From: Haliotis asinina
Taxonomy: Eukaryota
DNA length: 64,000 bases
NCBI RefSeq assembly: GCF_037392515.1
Contig: NC_090294.1
Coordinates: forward strand, 7,457,870 to 7,521,869
Reading direction: 5' to 3'
This document shows positions 13,381 through 25,450 of the stretch, piece after piece. The position numbers were made by a program, and so were the translations under genes. The notes beneath the pieces were generated by a model, which saw nothing but the letters and a program-made list of their open reading frames with translations, did not search any database and had not been told where the DNA came from. Numbering within the stretch: position 1 is the stretch's first letter; each line of letters begins with the position of its first letter.

Positions 13381-13988
13381 GCTAACCCAATCCAGTTGAT
13401 CGCCTGTTTCAACCAGCCGATGTATCCGCAGTTAATAGTCTATTGTGTCTTCATGCTACAAGGGTAATAACCCTGGACAATAATGACTTTGTTCAGAAAA
13501 GACGTCATCTCTTATATCACATGTTGTCACACTAGCTCTCTCGACCATAAAAGTTATTGGTCAGGGTAGCTAATGTCAGTTTCGTGGCACTATTAGTGGT
13601 TAAACTGAGGTTCGGATTGCCTAATATCCATATACCCAAGAACCGCCATGGACGAAATAAACCGACGAACAAAGGACAATGCTGCATATGTCGTAACTAT
13701 TTACAGTGGGCAATTCAGCAGTTACCTACTCGTATTGCCATTTTGAAACCCTCTCCACACCCGCCGGGTCCGTCGAGGGTCGCTTAGTGATGATTAGGAC
13801 GACCTTGATTCACAACTGTCCATATCACATTCATGCTATAACACACATTCATACATTGGGATTATTTTAACCACAACTTCAACACAAGACAGGATGGGCT
13901 CGTCCCATAACAGGACATTGAGTTACGGCAAGTCACTTTGGTCGATTGCATGAGCGGATCCACGAATTTTGAAAGGAATTCGTTATTG

Positions 13989-15640
13989 TATGTCAGTGAG
14001 CTAGCACTATAGAACCAATTTATATACTATTCCAAAGAATCCAAGGAGCACCTAGGTTTCCTATGATACAGAGAACACATTTGATGGGATGAGAGCTAGT
14101 TTTATTGGGGGTTATGATGAATTCATTGCAGAAACTGAATCACAAGAATTCAGATCGAACAGATGTAGTGCATTGACACAATGCGATAGATACCGTGATA
14201 GGGGTCGCTTGCAAAAGTCACAGGAACTAGAGTTCTTTAGTACCGCACATGTCCCTTTCTGCTCCCAGTGCAGGCAAGACACCGTCGTCTCATCGATGCA
14301 ACAAGATTCCCCAGTGTCTTAATAGCTTAATATCTAACCACCCTTGTTGCAGGAATTACATCAACTGTGCAGCATTTTCAGACATTGGATATTTGATCTT
14401 TATACGTTGCCTTTACATGTCCCACAAGTGTTCAATGGGCTCCAGATCGGGTGAATAGGCCAGCCACTGCACAGTGTTAGCCTTGTTTTGTTGCCTGAAG
14501 TCAAATGACAACTCTCCCTCGGTGTGGTCGTGCGTTATCGTCCTGCAAAATGGCAGCTTGTCCAAAGGCGTTTAGGGCTGGAATAACAGTCGGTTGACAA
14601 ATCCCATCCCGATACCTCATGCCAGTCGGGTTTTCTTTGATGTGATGCAAAGGAGTGCTGTGACCATTGCCGAAGGTCAAACCCCCGCCCTTCCCACGCC
14701 CTCCTAACGTTTACGTCAGAACACCTTTCACCCGGATGTCTGCGTACATGAATACGGCCATCACTGTACTGCAAACAAGATATAGACTCGTCAGTGAAGA
14801 GAACATTGTTCCACTGGCGCCTATCCTAACGCATATGGCGTCTGGCCCAAGTTAAACGGTTGACTCTGTGATGCGGAAGCAGTAGTGGACGTACAGTTTG
14901 ATGTCGCGACCTTACATTCCTCTCAGGCAGACGGACCTTGATGATCTGATCAGAGACACTGACGTTGTATGCATTTCGGAGGAGACTTCTAAAGGCGTTT
15001 GCAGTGACAGTTCTTTGTCGTAAGGATATGATGCCGATGAATCTGTCGTAGCGACAAGTTGTTCGTGGGCGACGTTGTTTACGGACTTCGCCGGTAGTTT
15101 TGAAATGAACCCATTGTCTGTGAATAACCGAGGGTGAAGCATTAAGTTTTCTCGATGCCTCAGGTATGGTAGTACACCACCCCCCCTCCCCCCAATCCAC
15201 CCAATAGCTCTCCCCCTGTCAGCAATGCTGAGGCGGTGGCGCTGAGGCGTGGTTTTCAACATGTGATTGATCTGTGTTTCAAACGTTGCTTACAGGGGAA
15301 ATTTGTGCATGCTGTTCAGGGCGATTTCCACTATCACATGCACAGGCAGATTTGGGTGCATTCAAGAGAATACGACCGATGGAAACCTCCACCTACAGTT
15401 CACAATTGTGTAAAATGTGTAGTTTCCAAATTCAAATCCTTCAAAATTCTAGTGGTTTATCGTTCCAACACAACGTGACATTTAAACTATTACCAGTTGT
15501 CAATTTTTTATTTTTCACCCAATCTCTGTAAACTTTCCAGCATATTAGCTAAAAGCATCGGACAAAATATAAAATATTACTACTGTTCCTTGGATTCTTC
15601 AGAGTAGTATATCTAGGCTAGTACAAACAGCTACACATAC
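13989..15640 (-). mobile_element. Tc1/mariner-superfamily DNA transposon, pseudogenised
   Basis: Imperfect TIRs: left ~13990-14050 (…atatactattccaaagaatccaaggagca) and right ~15584-15640 (tgttccttggattcttcagagtagtatatc…). They enclose a minus-strand Tc1-type transposase. Confidence 0.75.
14240..15262 (-). pseudogene. Tc1-like transposase with frameshifts
   Basis: Minus-strand ORF pieces 14912-15262, 14826-15200 and 14535-14774 carry N-terminal HTH-like blocks (LSIADRGRAIGW…, …VIHRQWVHFKTTGEVRKQRRPRTT…RVNRLTWARRHM). They also carry catalytic-core blocks (QYSDGRIHVRRHPGERCSDVNV… and LAYSPDLEPIEHLW in the minus-strand translation of ~14404-14481). These segments sit in at least three different frames. 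Confidence 0.8.
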
Positions 15641-17360
15641 ACACGCATGCACGTCGTCAGATGGCGAAATAATAGTCTTACCTCACCTATCTTATAACAT
15701 CATTCGCCTATGGACAAGAGCTACCAGCAGTTCGGATATCTTAAACACGAGTTAAATTACATTTGCGTCGCCATTCGATTGTCCGCTCGCTCCATTACCT
15801 TTTCTGGAATGGAGCGATGATTACCAGTTTCAGTTGTAAAACCTTGATATTTCATACGCTTTGTCTTACATTTGGCTAATAAAAGTACAAATACTTTGAA
15901 TGTACTCAAAGTAGGGCAACATCCTCGTAGCCCTCCAATCCTTAAAAATATGGGAGCTTTTCTGACATTACCCTCTACATATGGTCTCAGTCGTTAAGGG
16001 TTTCACCACAACATACAGACTATGTATTATAGCAGCAAATAGTATCGCTTCTTCCGTATAGGAAATGTAGATATTCGCTATGATTCTGAAAAACAACAGG
16101 GAATACGTCCTATCTAAGATATACTAACATGTCAAAGAATAAAATAATGTTCCTATGTTACTTTGAATAACCACAAGGCATACTGTAGTGTCAAGTGCTC
16201 AGTATATCCTACCGACAAGTGCTTTTAACGCTGACAAATGACCCCACGCAGTATAAAATAACGTGTAGAAATAACGTCAAGGACAAACGAAATGTCACAT
16301 TTGCCTGGTGACGAATACTGGGAGGGAAAGGTAGATGTGACATGATGATGTCTCCGATATGGATTATGTCAAGGTAACGAGGAACCTGCTCCACAGTGTT
16401 GGAGGCAATAAAACGTACGGTGTAGCAGGGAGAAACCTTTACTTGAAATATTTTTAACCAACTGACGCACGTCTTGACAAATATATGTAAACTATCTTTG
16501 AAACCAACCAAGAAATTATAAATGAAAAAACTTCGTCAAATAAGGAGATCCATAAAAGCTTTCCAGCTATCAACGCGAGGTCTCTGGGGGAAAGGTGTTT
16601 TAGTCAGAACAACAGACTAACGACTAGTCTCTGTAATGACCATATTTCACAGAAATAATGCTCACATTAAAAAAAGCAGAATGTTATGAAAAGGAGCCCT
16701 GAGACATTCCCTTGAAGCATTCCCTTGTAATCAAGACTTGCCACATTTTCGAGACTTGCATGGGCTTTCTTGGATATATCTGCTTGAAGGTCTGCATGAC
16801 AGACTATCAGACCATAATCTCGCGGCAAATATGAATTCCTATCCTTGGATGGAAGGGAATCTATAGAGCTACGATCATTTTATTACTTTTATCAGTTGTG
16901 TCATTTTATCGGGTCTTCCAAGAGAGATTGTTAACAATTCAAAACGTTTCAATGCAATTGAAAGTTTAGGAGTAAGACATGTACGTATAATTCAGAAAAT
17001 GTTCCCAGTTATGTCAATTATGAATGTTCATGTAATGTCAAGTAATTGTAAATACACAATTTTGATCAGCTGGATACTAATCAGCGTGACCATTACAAGT
17101 AAGCCTGGTGTATTGTTTATAATCTATTGAGAACAATAAGACCTTGGTCGATTGTGAGAGCCATCGAACGCAGTTCATGTAATTATCTGTCTGACAGTTC
17201 ATGAAACACATTACTTTGCCTACTGCCAAGCCTTCTCTGCAGTGCTAAAGCCTTAAATGAAACAAGTCTAAATGTGCTCAGGTTCTGGTCTCCCTGTGGC
17301 TCCGTTTCAGTTAAAATGGGTTTGTTTGTTACCATCAGAATTGTAGATATTCAGACTGAT

Positions 17361-17572
17361 GGAATGAGTAGTTTTACGCCGCACTCAACGCTATTCCACC
17401 TAAATGGCTGCGGTTTGTAAATAATCGAGTTTGGACCAGACAATACAGTGGTCAACAGCATGAACATCCATCTGAGCATTTGGGAATCAATGACATGTGT
17501 CAACCAAGTCGGCGAGCCTGACCACCCGATCCCGTTAGTCGCCTCTCACGACAAGCATAGTCACCTTTTATG
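17361..17572 (-). mobile_element. SINE family A copy, interrupted by the nested MULE insertion (remainder at 19981-20040)
   Basis: (GAGT)n-like start, then tttacgccgcactcaacgctattccacctaaatggctgcggtttgtaaataatcgagt…gcgagcctgaccacccgatcccgttagtcgcctc. It is collinear with the 20293-20570 copy. Continuity resumes at 19981 (tttatggcaagcatgggttgctgaagg…). Confidence 0.7.
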
Positions 17573-17939
17573 ACGGTGTCGGCCCGGGAGAGCTACTTTT
17601 TAAATTAGCGTAGTTCCGGGAAAGCTATTTTCTCCAACACAAGATTGTACCGCCAAAGCTACTTAACTGAATAAACACTGTGATCAGCTAACCCTAACAA
17701 TTACCGATTAATGGAAAAAACGACCCCTGTGATTTTCTCTCTTTTAATGCGATTTGTTTCCTATTAGGATCACAGAGTATAGCATCCAAATGTGTGATGT
17801 TTACAATTTTGACGAGAACTACATCCTCATCCAACTCACATCTACTCATGTTTGTCAGTTTCCTATCTCTCATTATATATATTTATCTGATGGGGCTATA
17901 CCTTCAGTCATCATGTACTCTGTGAAGACAAACATGTTA

Positions 17940-18985
17940 TAGACAGAGACACAGGACTGTTCCCAGACTGCCTGCTTCCAGGCCTGAGATTCATCTTGAG
18001 GACAAGTGGGCTGAGACAGAAGCTGGCGAGAGATTCCTTCATCGGATAAGCAACGACATCCTCCTCTTCACCACAGACAAGAACATGTAGATCCTGTGTG
18101 GCGCAGATACAATATGTTGTGACGGAACATTCTTTGCTGCACCTCGTCTCTTCGACCAGATATATACAATTCAAGCCCAGTTCCAAGGACACATGTTTCC
18201 CCCTAGTGTATGGACTGCTACCAGATAGGCAGGAGACAACTTACTCTGCTGTGTTCGAGTACCGTCATCAGTTGGCTGAGACCCTGAACTTGCATTTCAG
18301 TCCTCCTGTTGTTCAGCTGGATTTTGAGTTGGCAGCCAATAATGCAGTAAGATCGGCTTTCCCCCCAACAACCCATCTTTTTCCATTATTGTCAGTGCCT
18401 TTGGAGGAGAGTCCAGAAAGAGAACCTCGTCAACGACTACAAGGAGGACGATGATGTGCGGAGGATAGTACGTCGAGCTGCTGCTCTTCCCCTTGACAAA
18501 GTAGATAATATTTGGTTAGAATGTATTGCTGACAGCCCCGATGACCTCAAAGTGCGATCATTCATGGATTATGTGACTGCTTCGTAGGTGGAGGGTAACC
18601 GGTTTTCCCCATTGGTGTGGAACCATTTCGGAAACGATGGACCAAGGACAAATAACCACCCAGAAGGGTTCCATCACAAACTTAATCAGTAAGCCAGAAA
18701 GAGTCATGCCAATATTTTTGAAGTCGTTGGAGTTTTCCAAAGGGAGCATTCAGTGAGCGAAGTGTCCTGTGCCCGACTAACATCCTACCCTAGTGCTTCA
18801 CAGAGGAAACGCCGCTACCGGCGGATAGACAGTCGTCTTAGATCCCTGAGTCAAGATCTACGGAGCCAGGACATAGCTGATATGAAATATGTTGACTGTG
18901 TATCTGAACTGTTAAAACTGGAGCGATGTGAGGATTACAATGATGAAATGGCAGTAACTGCTTACAGGAATATTTTTGTGTAAAC
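17940..18985 (+). pseudogene. MULE/MuDR-superfamily DDE transposase remnant with frameshifts and stops
   Basis: Frame pieces …ILCGADTICCDGTFFAAPRLFDQIYTIQAQFQGHMFPLVYGLLPDRQETTYSAVFEYRHQLAETLNLHFSPPVVQLDFELAANNAVRSAFP… give D…D…E spacing. Downstream in another frame lies …VWNHFGNDGPRTNNHPEGFHHKLNQ…, the RTNNxxE motif typical of MULE-family transposases. Confidence 0.55.
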
Positions 18986-19084
18986 TTACATTTTACATGT
19001 ATATACATTTATTTCATTTAATATATGGCAAGCAAAACCGAACAAATTAAATATGGTGAGTACGGTAACTTAGTTTTTTATTGC

Positions 19085-19925
19085 CTTCATTCCCGGTAAA
19101 GCTACATCTCCGTAATCACAAACCGTGACGCACCCCATCCTCTATGACCGGTAAAGCTACACCTCCGTAATCACATACCGTGACGCACCCCATCCTCTAT
19201 GACCGGTAAAGCTACATCTCCGTAATCACATACCGTGACGCACCCCATCCTCTATGACCGGTAAAGCTACATCTCCGTAATCACATACCGTGACGCACCC
19301 CATCCTCTATGACCGGTAAAGCTACATCTCCGTAGTCACATACCGTGACGCACCCCATCCTCTATGACCGGTAAAGCTACATCTCCGTAATCACATACCG
19401 TGACGCACCCCATCCTCTATGACCGGTAAAGCTACATCTCCGTAATCACATACCGTGACGCACCCCATCCTCTATGACCGGTAAAGCTACATCTCCGTAA
19501 TCACATACCGTGACGCACCCCATCCTCTATGACCGGTAAAGCTACATCTCCGTAATCACATACCGTGGCGCACCCCATCCTCTATGACCGGTAAAGCTAC
19601 ATCTCCGTAATCACATACCGTGGCGCACCCCATCCTCTATGACCGGTAAAGCTACATCTCCGTAATCACAAACCGTGGCGCACCCCATCCTCTATGACCG
19701 GTAAAGCTACACCTCCGTAATCACAAACCGTGACGCACCCCATCCTCTATGACCGGTAAAGCTACATCTCCGTAATCACAAACCGTGACGCACCCCATCC
19801 TCTATGACCGGTAAAGCTACATCTCCGTAATCACATACCGTGAGGCACCCCATCCTCTATGACCGGTAAAGCTACACCTCCGTAATCACAAACCGTGAGG
19901 CACCCCATCCTCTATGACCGGTAAA
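19085..19925. repeat. 55-bp minisatellite, ~15 units (unit ccggtaaagctacatctccgtaatcacataccgtgacgcaccccatcctctatga)
   Basis: Near-perfect head-to-tail copies with only a/t and a/g variants. The unit contains ccggtaaagctac, which resembles the MULE TIR core cccgggaaagctac. Confidence 0.9.
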
Positions 19926-20292
19926 GCTACCCCTACTTTCCTCTTTATAATTAAGAAAGTAGCTTTCCCGGCCCATAACATTTATGGCAAGCATGGGTTG
20001 CTGAAGGCCTATTCTACCCCGCATCTTCACGGGTCAGATATTCAAAGGCTAGGTATGAGTCTATTCATGTAATATCATACAAGGACGTTATTTCTTGTGC
20101 TGATGGGCAAACAAAGCAAGTACGCCTCTGAGAGATGTTTTAGGTTACGGACTATGAACACATTTGACAGTATTTTACGTGTTCACCAGAACATGTTTGA
20201 AAATCCCGTGTAGAGAATTCAATATACCGACCTCTGGAACAACCAAATAACTTTTTAAGTTCATAACCTCACTTACATTCATATAAACTGGT

Positions 20293-20570
20293 AGTGAGTG
20301 AGTGAGTATAGTTTCAAGCCGCACTCAGCAATATTCCAGCTATATGGCGGCGGTCTGTAAATAATCGAGTCTGGACCAGACAATACAGTGACCAACAACA
20401 TAAGCATCGATCTGCGCAGCTGGGAACCGATGACATATGTCAACCAAGTCAGCGAGCCTGACCACCCGATCCCATTAGTCGCCTCTTACGACAAGCATAG
20501 TCGCCTTTTATGGCAAGCATGGGTTGGTGAAGTCCTCTTCTACCCCGGGAACTTCATGGGTCTACAGATT
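20293..20570 (-). mobile_element. SINE family A, full-length-looking copy
   Basis: (gagt)n gtatagtttcaagccgcactcagcaatattccagctatatggcggcggtctgtaaataatcgagtctggaccagacaatacagtg … gcgagcctgaccacccgatcccattagtcgcctcttacgacaagcat … ggttggtgaag. The same consensus recurs at least 6 times in the window. Confidence 0.75.
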
Positions 20571-22839
20571 AACAAGTAAACCATATGCACTGACTGAATA
20601 TATGGCGGGCAGAGCGGAATGAGTTTGACTAGGAACAAGGAACATTAGAGAATGAATCTGCAATCCGAGATCGGTGTACAGTGTGTTTCCGATAGCGATA
20701 ACCAGGATTGTCATGAGGAACATGAAACAATGGAAGTTTAGACTTTTTTGAATCTTATGTAAAACTATGTCTTCTTCGTGGCTACATAAAACTCTCTGAA
20801 AGCTTCACTGAAGCCTTGAATGTCGTAAACTTGACCAAACGCGTTCCGTGCAAGAGTGGTAAGACGTTGTTTCAAATCTTGGTAAAAAGAGCCTGATCGA
20901 ATGTGTGTAAATTTTTGTGAAATATAAACACGAAAGGCTTGATACTGTTGGAATATTATGCGGCATAAAAGGGAGATTAAGCACTGGGAACCCAATCATT
21001 GGTAGAGTTAGGTCAGTAAGCAGAGAATGTGTCATTGAGTAGGAGAATACAATGCACAATACACATTTTCAACATACATATACTGGACAAAAATAGTTAG
21101 GGATATATGTAAATTTTGAAATTATGAATAATGATCTGTTTATTCATTGACACACTGATGAAATAGCCATCATAAAATTACAAATTTCCTTAAGCTATTT
21201 TGTTCTGTATATTTACGCTTCTATTCCCCTGTAATCTAGTGATAACTGAATAATGTTTTGCTGTAATAAATGATCTATAGCATGGGGATGCCGGAGATAT
21301 GGTTGTTACTGCTTATTGGAGTTACCCCATCTCCATAGAAATGTCTAACTTAACTGGGCATTGATGACAATGGTGTTTATAGGTGAAATGTACTATGAAT
21401 CACATTGGCTGCTCAACTTGTGTGTCGCCGTGTCCATTTTCCCCATGTACATATTATGATACAGTCGGATTATTTGACAGGGTGAATATGCTCGCTGGTG
21501 AGGCGAACTAGACAGTAAGAGCCAAGGTAATCTAACACATGCATATGCTTTTGACAGTTACAAATAAACCCATATAAGTTGAAAAGGGAGACCCAGTTTG
21601 CTGGGACAGTCAGGGGAACTTGAGGAAATCTGGACTTGCGTCATTTAGGTTAGCAATGCAGGGAGGGCTTGACATTAGGGGCAGTGATGTGTTTCAGGGA
21701 CTGTGAGGCTGACTAGTATCAAGGCTGTCCCTCAGTCATGTTCAGGCGCCTGTGTCTCCCGTCCCGGCCCGTGTCGCTCACAATGACCCTCTTTCACCAT
21801 CTGGGAACGCGACCATCATGTCGCCTGTTTGTGTATGTAACTGGACACCAGCGCAGATTCAGGAAGTCGGTGTTTGGAACAATTTGTACTGCCGTGCAGG
21901 TTGTGATGGGAACGTGTGGTTTGACACTTATCGCAGTAACTGTTTTATACCACAAATCGATCTTCCTTGAAAATGTTTTTTAACAACCTACCTACATTAC
22001 AGCAAGTCGCATATGTGCTCCTTATGAAATGTTCACTCAAATAAATAATTCATGAACACGAATCAAATGCTCAGTTTAATTAAAGAATTGATGAATTAAA
22101 TGCTCTATACTCATATGTGGCACCGTATATTATACTGGTTGGTACCAAGAGGTTATCAATCTGCTAAAAACCCAGCGCAGTTCAATGTTGATATTTATAT
22201 ATTACCAAGCAGTGTTTGTGGTTTTAAAGACCAATAAATGCTAGGTATTCGAGGTGCAAGGTGCAAGCAACAACTGTTTGTCAATTAACCTGGCTCTTAA
22301 TTATTCGAGGGGTATGGAAAAATAGATTCAAATATTTTTCATGAAATCGGATGCACGTTTTAACCTATTACTTCTTGGTATGCGAACGATCATGGTGTGT
22401 ATCCGTCTGAATCTTGCTAGATGATCTTAGCTGATTAGATCACGAGAAGAATTGAGAGTAATCATGGTAGTAATCCTCCTTCAGTTCCTCCAAATTAAAC
22501 AAATAGATTCATTACGTGGGTTCCATCATTGTCTATCTCGAATATATGTAGACAGTATTTTTACGAGCCAAGACTCGCGCCTCTTTGGTAATAAGCACTA
22601 TCGCGTGGGCTCAATAAGAGCAAGATACGTTAACTCCAAGTACAAAGATACTGCTTGAAATAAACCTCAATAAGTGAATACAAAACACATGGCTGATTGA
22701 AACGGCGGCACCATGGTCTTGTTTGGTAAATATTGTGTGTCCTTGGGGCATTTCTGCACATCACGTGTTCATCACGTGTACTGGTACTGTTCACTGGATC
22801 AGTGAATTCAGTCAGTGTTGACTGTAGACAGAGCCTGGG

Positions 22840-23230
22840 ATGACTATTGTTTCATACTGTCACAATAACTATTCATATTACTACATGTCATCATGTCATC
22901 ATGTCACTACCGTTGTGTATACTGGTGGTTTCACATTGTCATGATAACTATATATATCTTACTATGAAGGTGTATGACGTCATGGTTTCACATTGTAACA
23001 ATATCTGTTTATATCGCTATAAACATGTACAGTGCCATATCAGTTTACAACGGCCGTGTATGATAAATAACTCGTTGTGGTTCCACAGTCACAGTTACTA
23101 TATGTACTACTATAACGATTTTTGACATCGTGGTTTCATACTGTCACCATAACTATTTAAAATTCTATAAATTCGTTTGACACCATACCATTTTACTACA
23201 TCTCTGTATTGTAAGTAACTCTTCGTGGCT
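22840..23230. repeat. Degenerate ~75-bp minisatellite (…cgtggtttcacattgtcacaataactat…)
   Basis: Repeated blocks of catcatgtcatcatgtca followed by ggtttcaca(c/t)tgtcac(a/c)ataactat at regular spacing. Confidence 0.5.
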
Positions 23231-24060
23231 TATCTAAGTTAGGCAAAATCAGTCAGATAAGGCACTCTCAGTTTATCGGTTAACGACCACGCTCAAGAAT
23301 CGTTCTTTGGCAGGAAGTTACTGACCGATAAGGGCAGTTCCTCAGTTCTTTGTTCACACATAGAGAGACTTCGCTTAAACATTTATCGACTATTAAGTTT
23401 GTGGTGGCCCAGCACTGCCACGGTCTTTCGCATGGGAGAGTTCACTTTCAACATCACTGAAACTAGGTCAGAGAAACAAAACAATACTGCGGGATTTGTG
23501 TCAAGCACAGAGTTCACGACAGCTGATTTCTTGTAAGGAGGTGAGTAACTGTTTTGTGCTTTGAAATTGAAAATATTAGTGTTCTACTTTATGTCAAAAC
23601 ATTCTGGGAACCTTTCATGAGGCCGTTCTTATGACAATGCTCTGATGTGATGTACAAAGTTAATGCCTGGGTAAACACTCTCCTGGGTCCGAGTTGAATG
23701 ACATATTATTTGCACTTTTCTAAAGAATCAGGACATTTGTCTTGTATTGGATTATGGAACATATATCTAAATAGAAAACGGAGTTCGCTGACCTTTACGT
23801 GTTTTGCAAATTGTTCTATCAGTGGTTATTGAACAAACATTCACCATGTTCAAAAACTTGTGTTTGTTATTGTTTCTTCGTATTTTACCCATGTTCGTCA
23901 CTGTGATTGCTGCTCACTCCGGGTTATGTTTGTAGTGTTACTACAACATTGAATTAGATGTAAGATCCAAGAACACTTAACTTTGGTGTACGGATACATT
24001 AACTACTCAATGTGGTTTATCTGGTTCGGTTTTGGAGGCGATACGCTATTCTTAAAAAGT

Positions 24061-24110
24061 CAATGTGTGTGTGTATGTATGTGTATGTGTGCATATGTGT
24101 GTGCTACAGC
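24061..24110. repeat. (TG)n / (TGTA)n microsatellite
   Basis: gtgtgtgtgtatgtatgtgtatgtgtgcatatgtgtgtg. Confidence 0.8.
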
Positions 24111-25176
24111 GTGTTTAATAGAATCCACATACGGATGATTACTTCCATATTTAAGATATGTATTATTTAAATTGTAAATACTTTTGCATATAGAATATGG
24201 GGAATATTTCATCAACAAAGTTGACATGCACACAGTTTACTGGGGCCGCCTTGCTAAAAAGCGTATTGAATAGGAGAATCACGTTTGCATTTTCTTATAC
24301 TGAAATAAGTAACAATTAGTGGTTTTGTTTACAGTCAAAGGGACAGTCACAGTTATGCTGACATTGCTTTTATTTCAGCGTTGATCATCAATCCTTCTGC
24401 ACCATGTGTATATCATTTATACAAACCATTTCCTTTTAAGGACAATGACCATAATGGTACGAAAAAAAAAGCAATTCTTCTAACAACCATGAATTGTATA
24501 TATTTGTTATGGAAGGTGGACATGGGAAAATGTTGACAGATTTGTATGACAAGGTTTCAGCTTGTGTTAGAATAGGTATTTCTAAAACTGAAATTTTCAC
24601 GACATCAAAGGGAGTACGGCAAGGATGTATGCTAAGCCCTGCGTTATTGACCGAGAAGACGAAATGAAGAAATGTCTTCTGCGAGGAGTGTAAGTCTGAG
24701 GTGTACTGAATGGTTTTATGTTGCTCTTATTTTATAATGAAGTACATTTAACTTAATGACACTACGATTGGTTTTCAAAGAACACTAGATGTGCTAATAC
24801 GCATTGTTATAAATAACCCAGAAGAAGTTATGTATAACTGCTTTTAGTGATGGTTGATGTCAACAAAAACATGTAGATGTAAACAGTATCCCACTATAAA
24901 TGTTTAGGAATTGCCTTCACATTTGGTCTAAACCCAGAGACTTCATTTCCTCTTATCTTACAAAAGGATTATCCAAATATGTCTCTGAATATAGGAGTCG
25001 GGGTAACACTTGTGCAAATAGGTTTTCTACAGTTTGTGTTTCTTTGAGAGTCATGTTTAGGAGTTGATGAATCAGATAAGGACAAACTGTATGGATGAAC
25101 AACATTTTATTCGGATTTTGGTGAAGGTGAGGTGAGGGTGAGGTGATGGTTAGGTGATGGTGAGTGAGTGAGTGAG

Positions 25177-25450
25177 TTAATGTTTAACGTCACATCGGCA
25201 GTATTGCAGCCATATCGTGACGAGAACATTCTTGAAAAAAGGAATTGATGCATGTGATAAAAGATTCTGTCGACGAAGGACTAGAATATCACAATAAGAA
25301 ATAAAACTGTCGTGAAAAGTTAAAACTAATATCACTATTCAGACAATACGATATAAAAAAAAGGCTATAGATCGCCAACAACTGAAGGTAGATCACCATA
25401 CTAGAGGCCATGGGGACCTCACTTCTGCTACCTGCATGGTCCGTGAGGTG
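25177..25450 (+). mobile_element. SINE-like short repeat family B
   Basis: Head gagtgagttaatgtttaacgtcacatcggcagtattgcagccatatcgtgacgagaac and body …ctgtcgacgaaggactagaatatcacaataagaaataaaact…gaaaagttaaaact…ccatactagaggccatggggacct. The same are found at 41693-41960 and 46563-46990 (the 60601-60660 copy shows the head only). Orientation is assigned arbitrarily. Confidence 0.6.

Larger units (their letters stand above)
17573..19980 (+). mobile_element. Degraded MULE (Mutator-like) DNA transposon with ~19-bp TIRs, nested in a SINE
   Basis: Left end 17573-17604 carries GGCCCGGGAGAGCTACTTT and right end 19946-19980 carries AAAGTAGCTTTCCCGGCC, which are inverted repeats. Flanking tttatg / (c)atttatg may be a short TSD. 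The interior carries MULE transposase remnants and a subterminal minisatellite. Confidence 0.6.

Noticed and set aside
19085-19925. CRISPR-like array (regular direct repeats)
   Set aside because: The units are contiguous with no unique spacers (it is a minisatellite). The context is eukaryotic and inside a DNA transposon. The same reasoning applies to 56700-57900 and 60660-62470.
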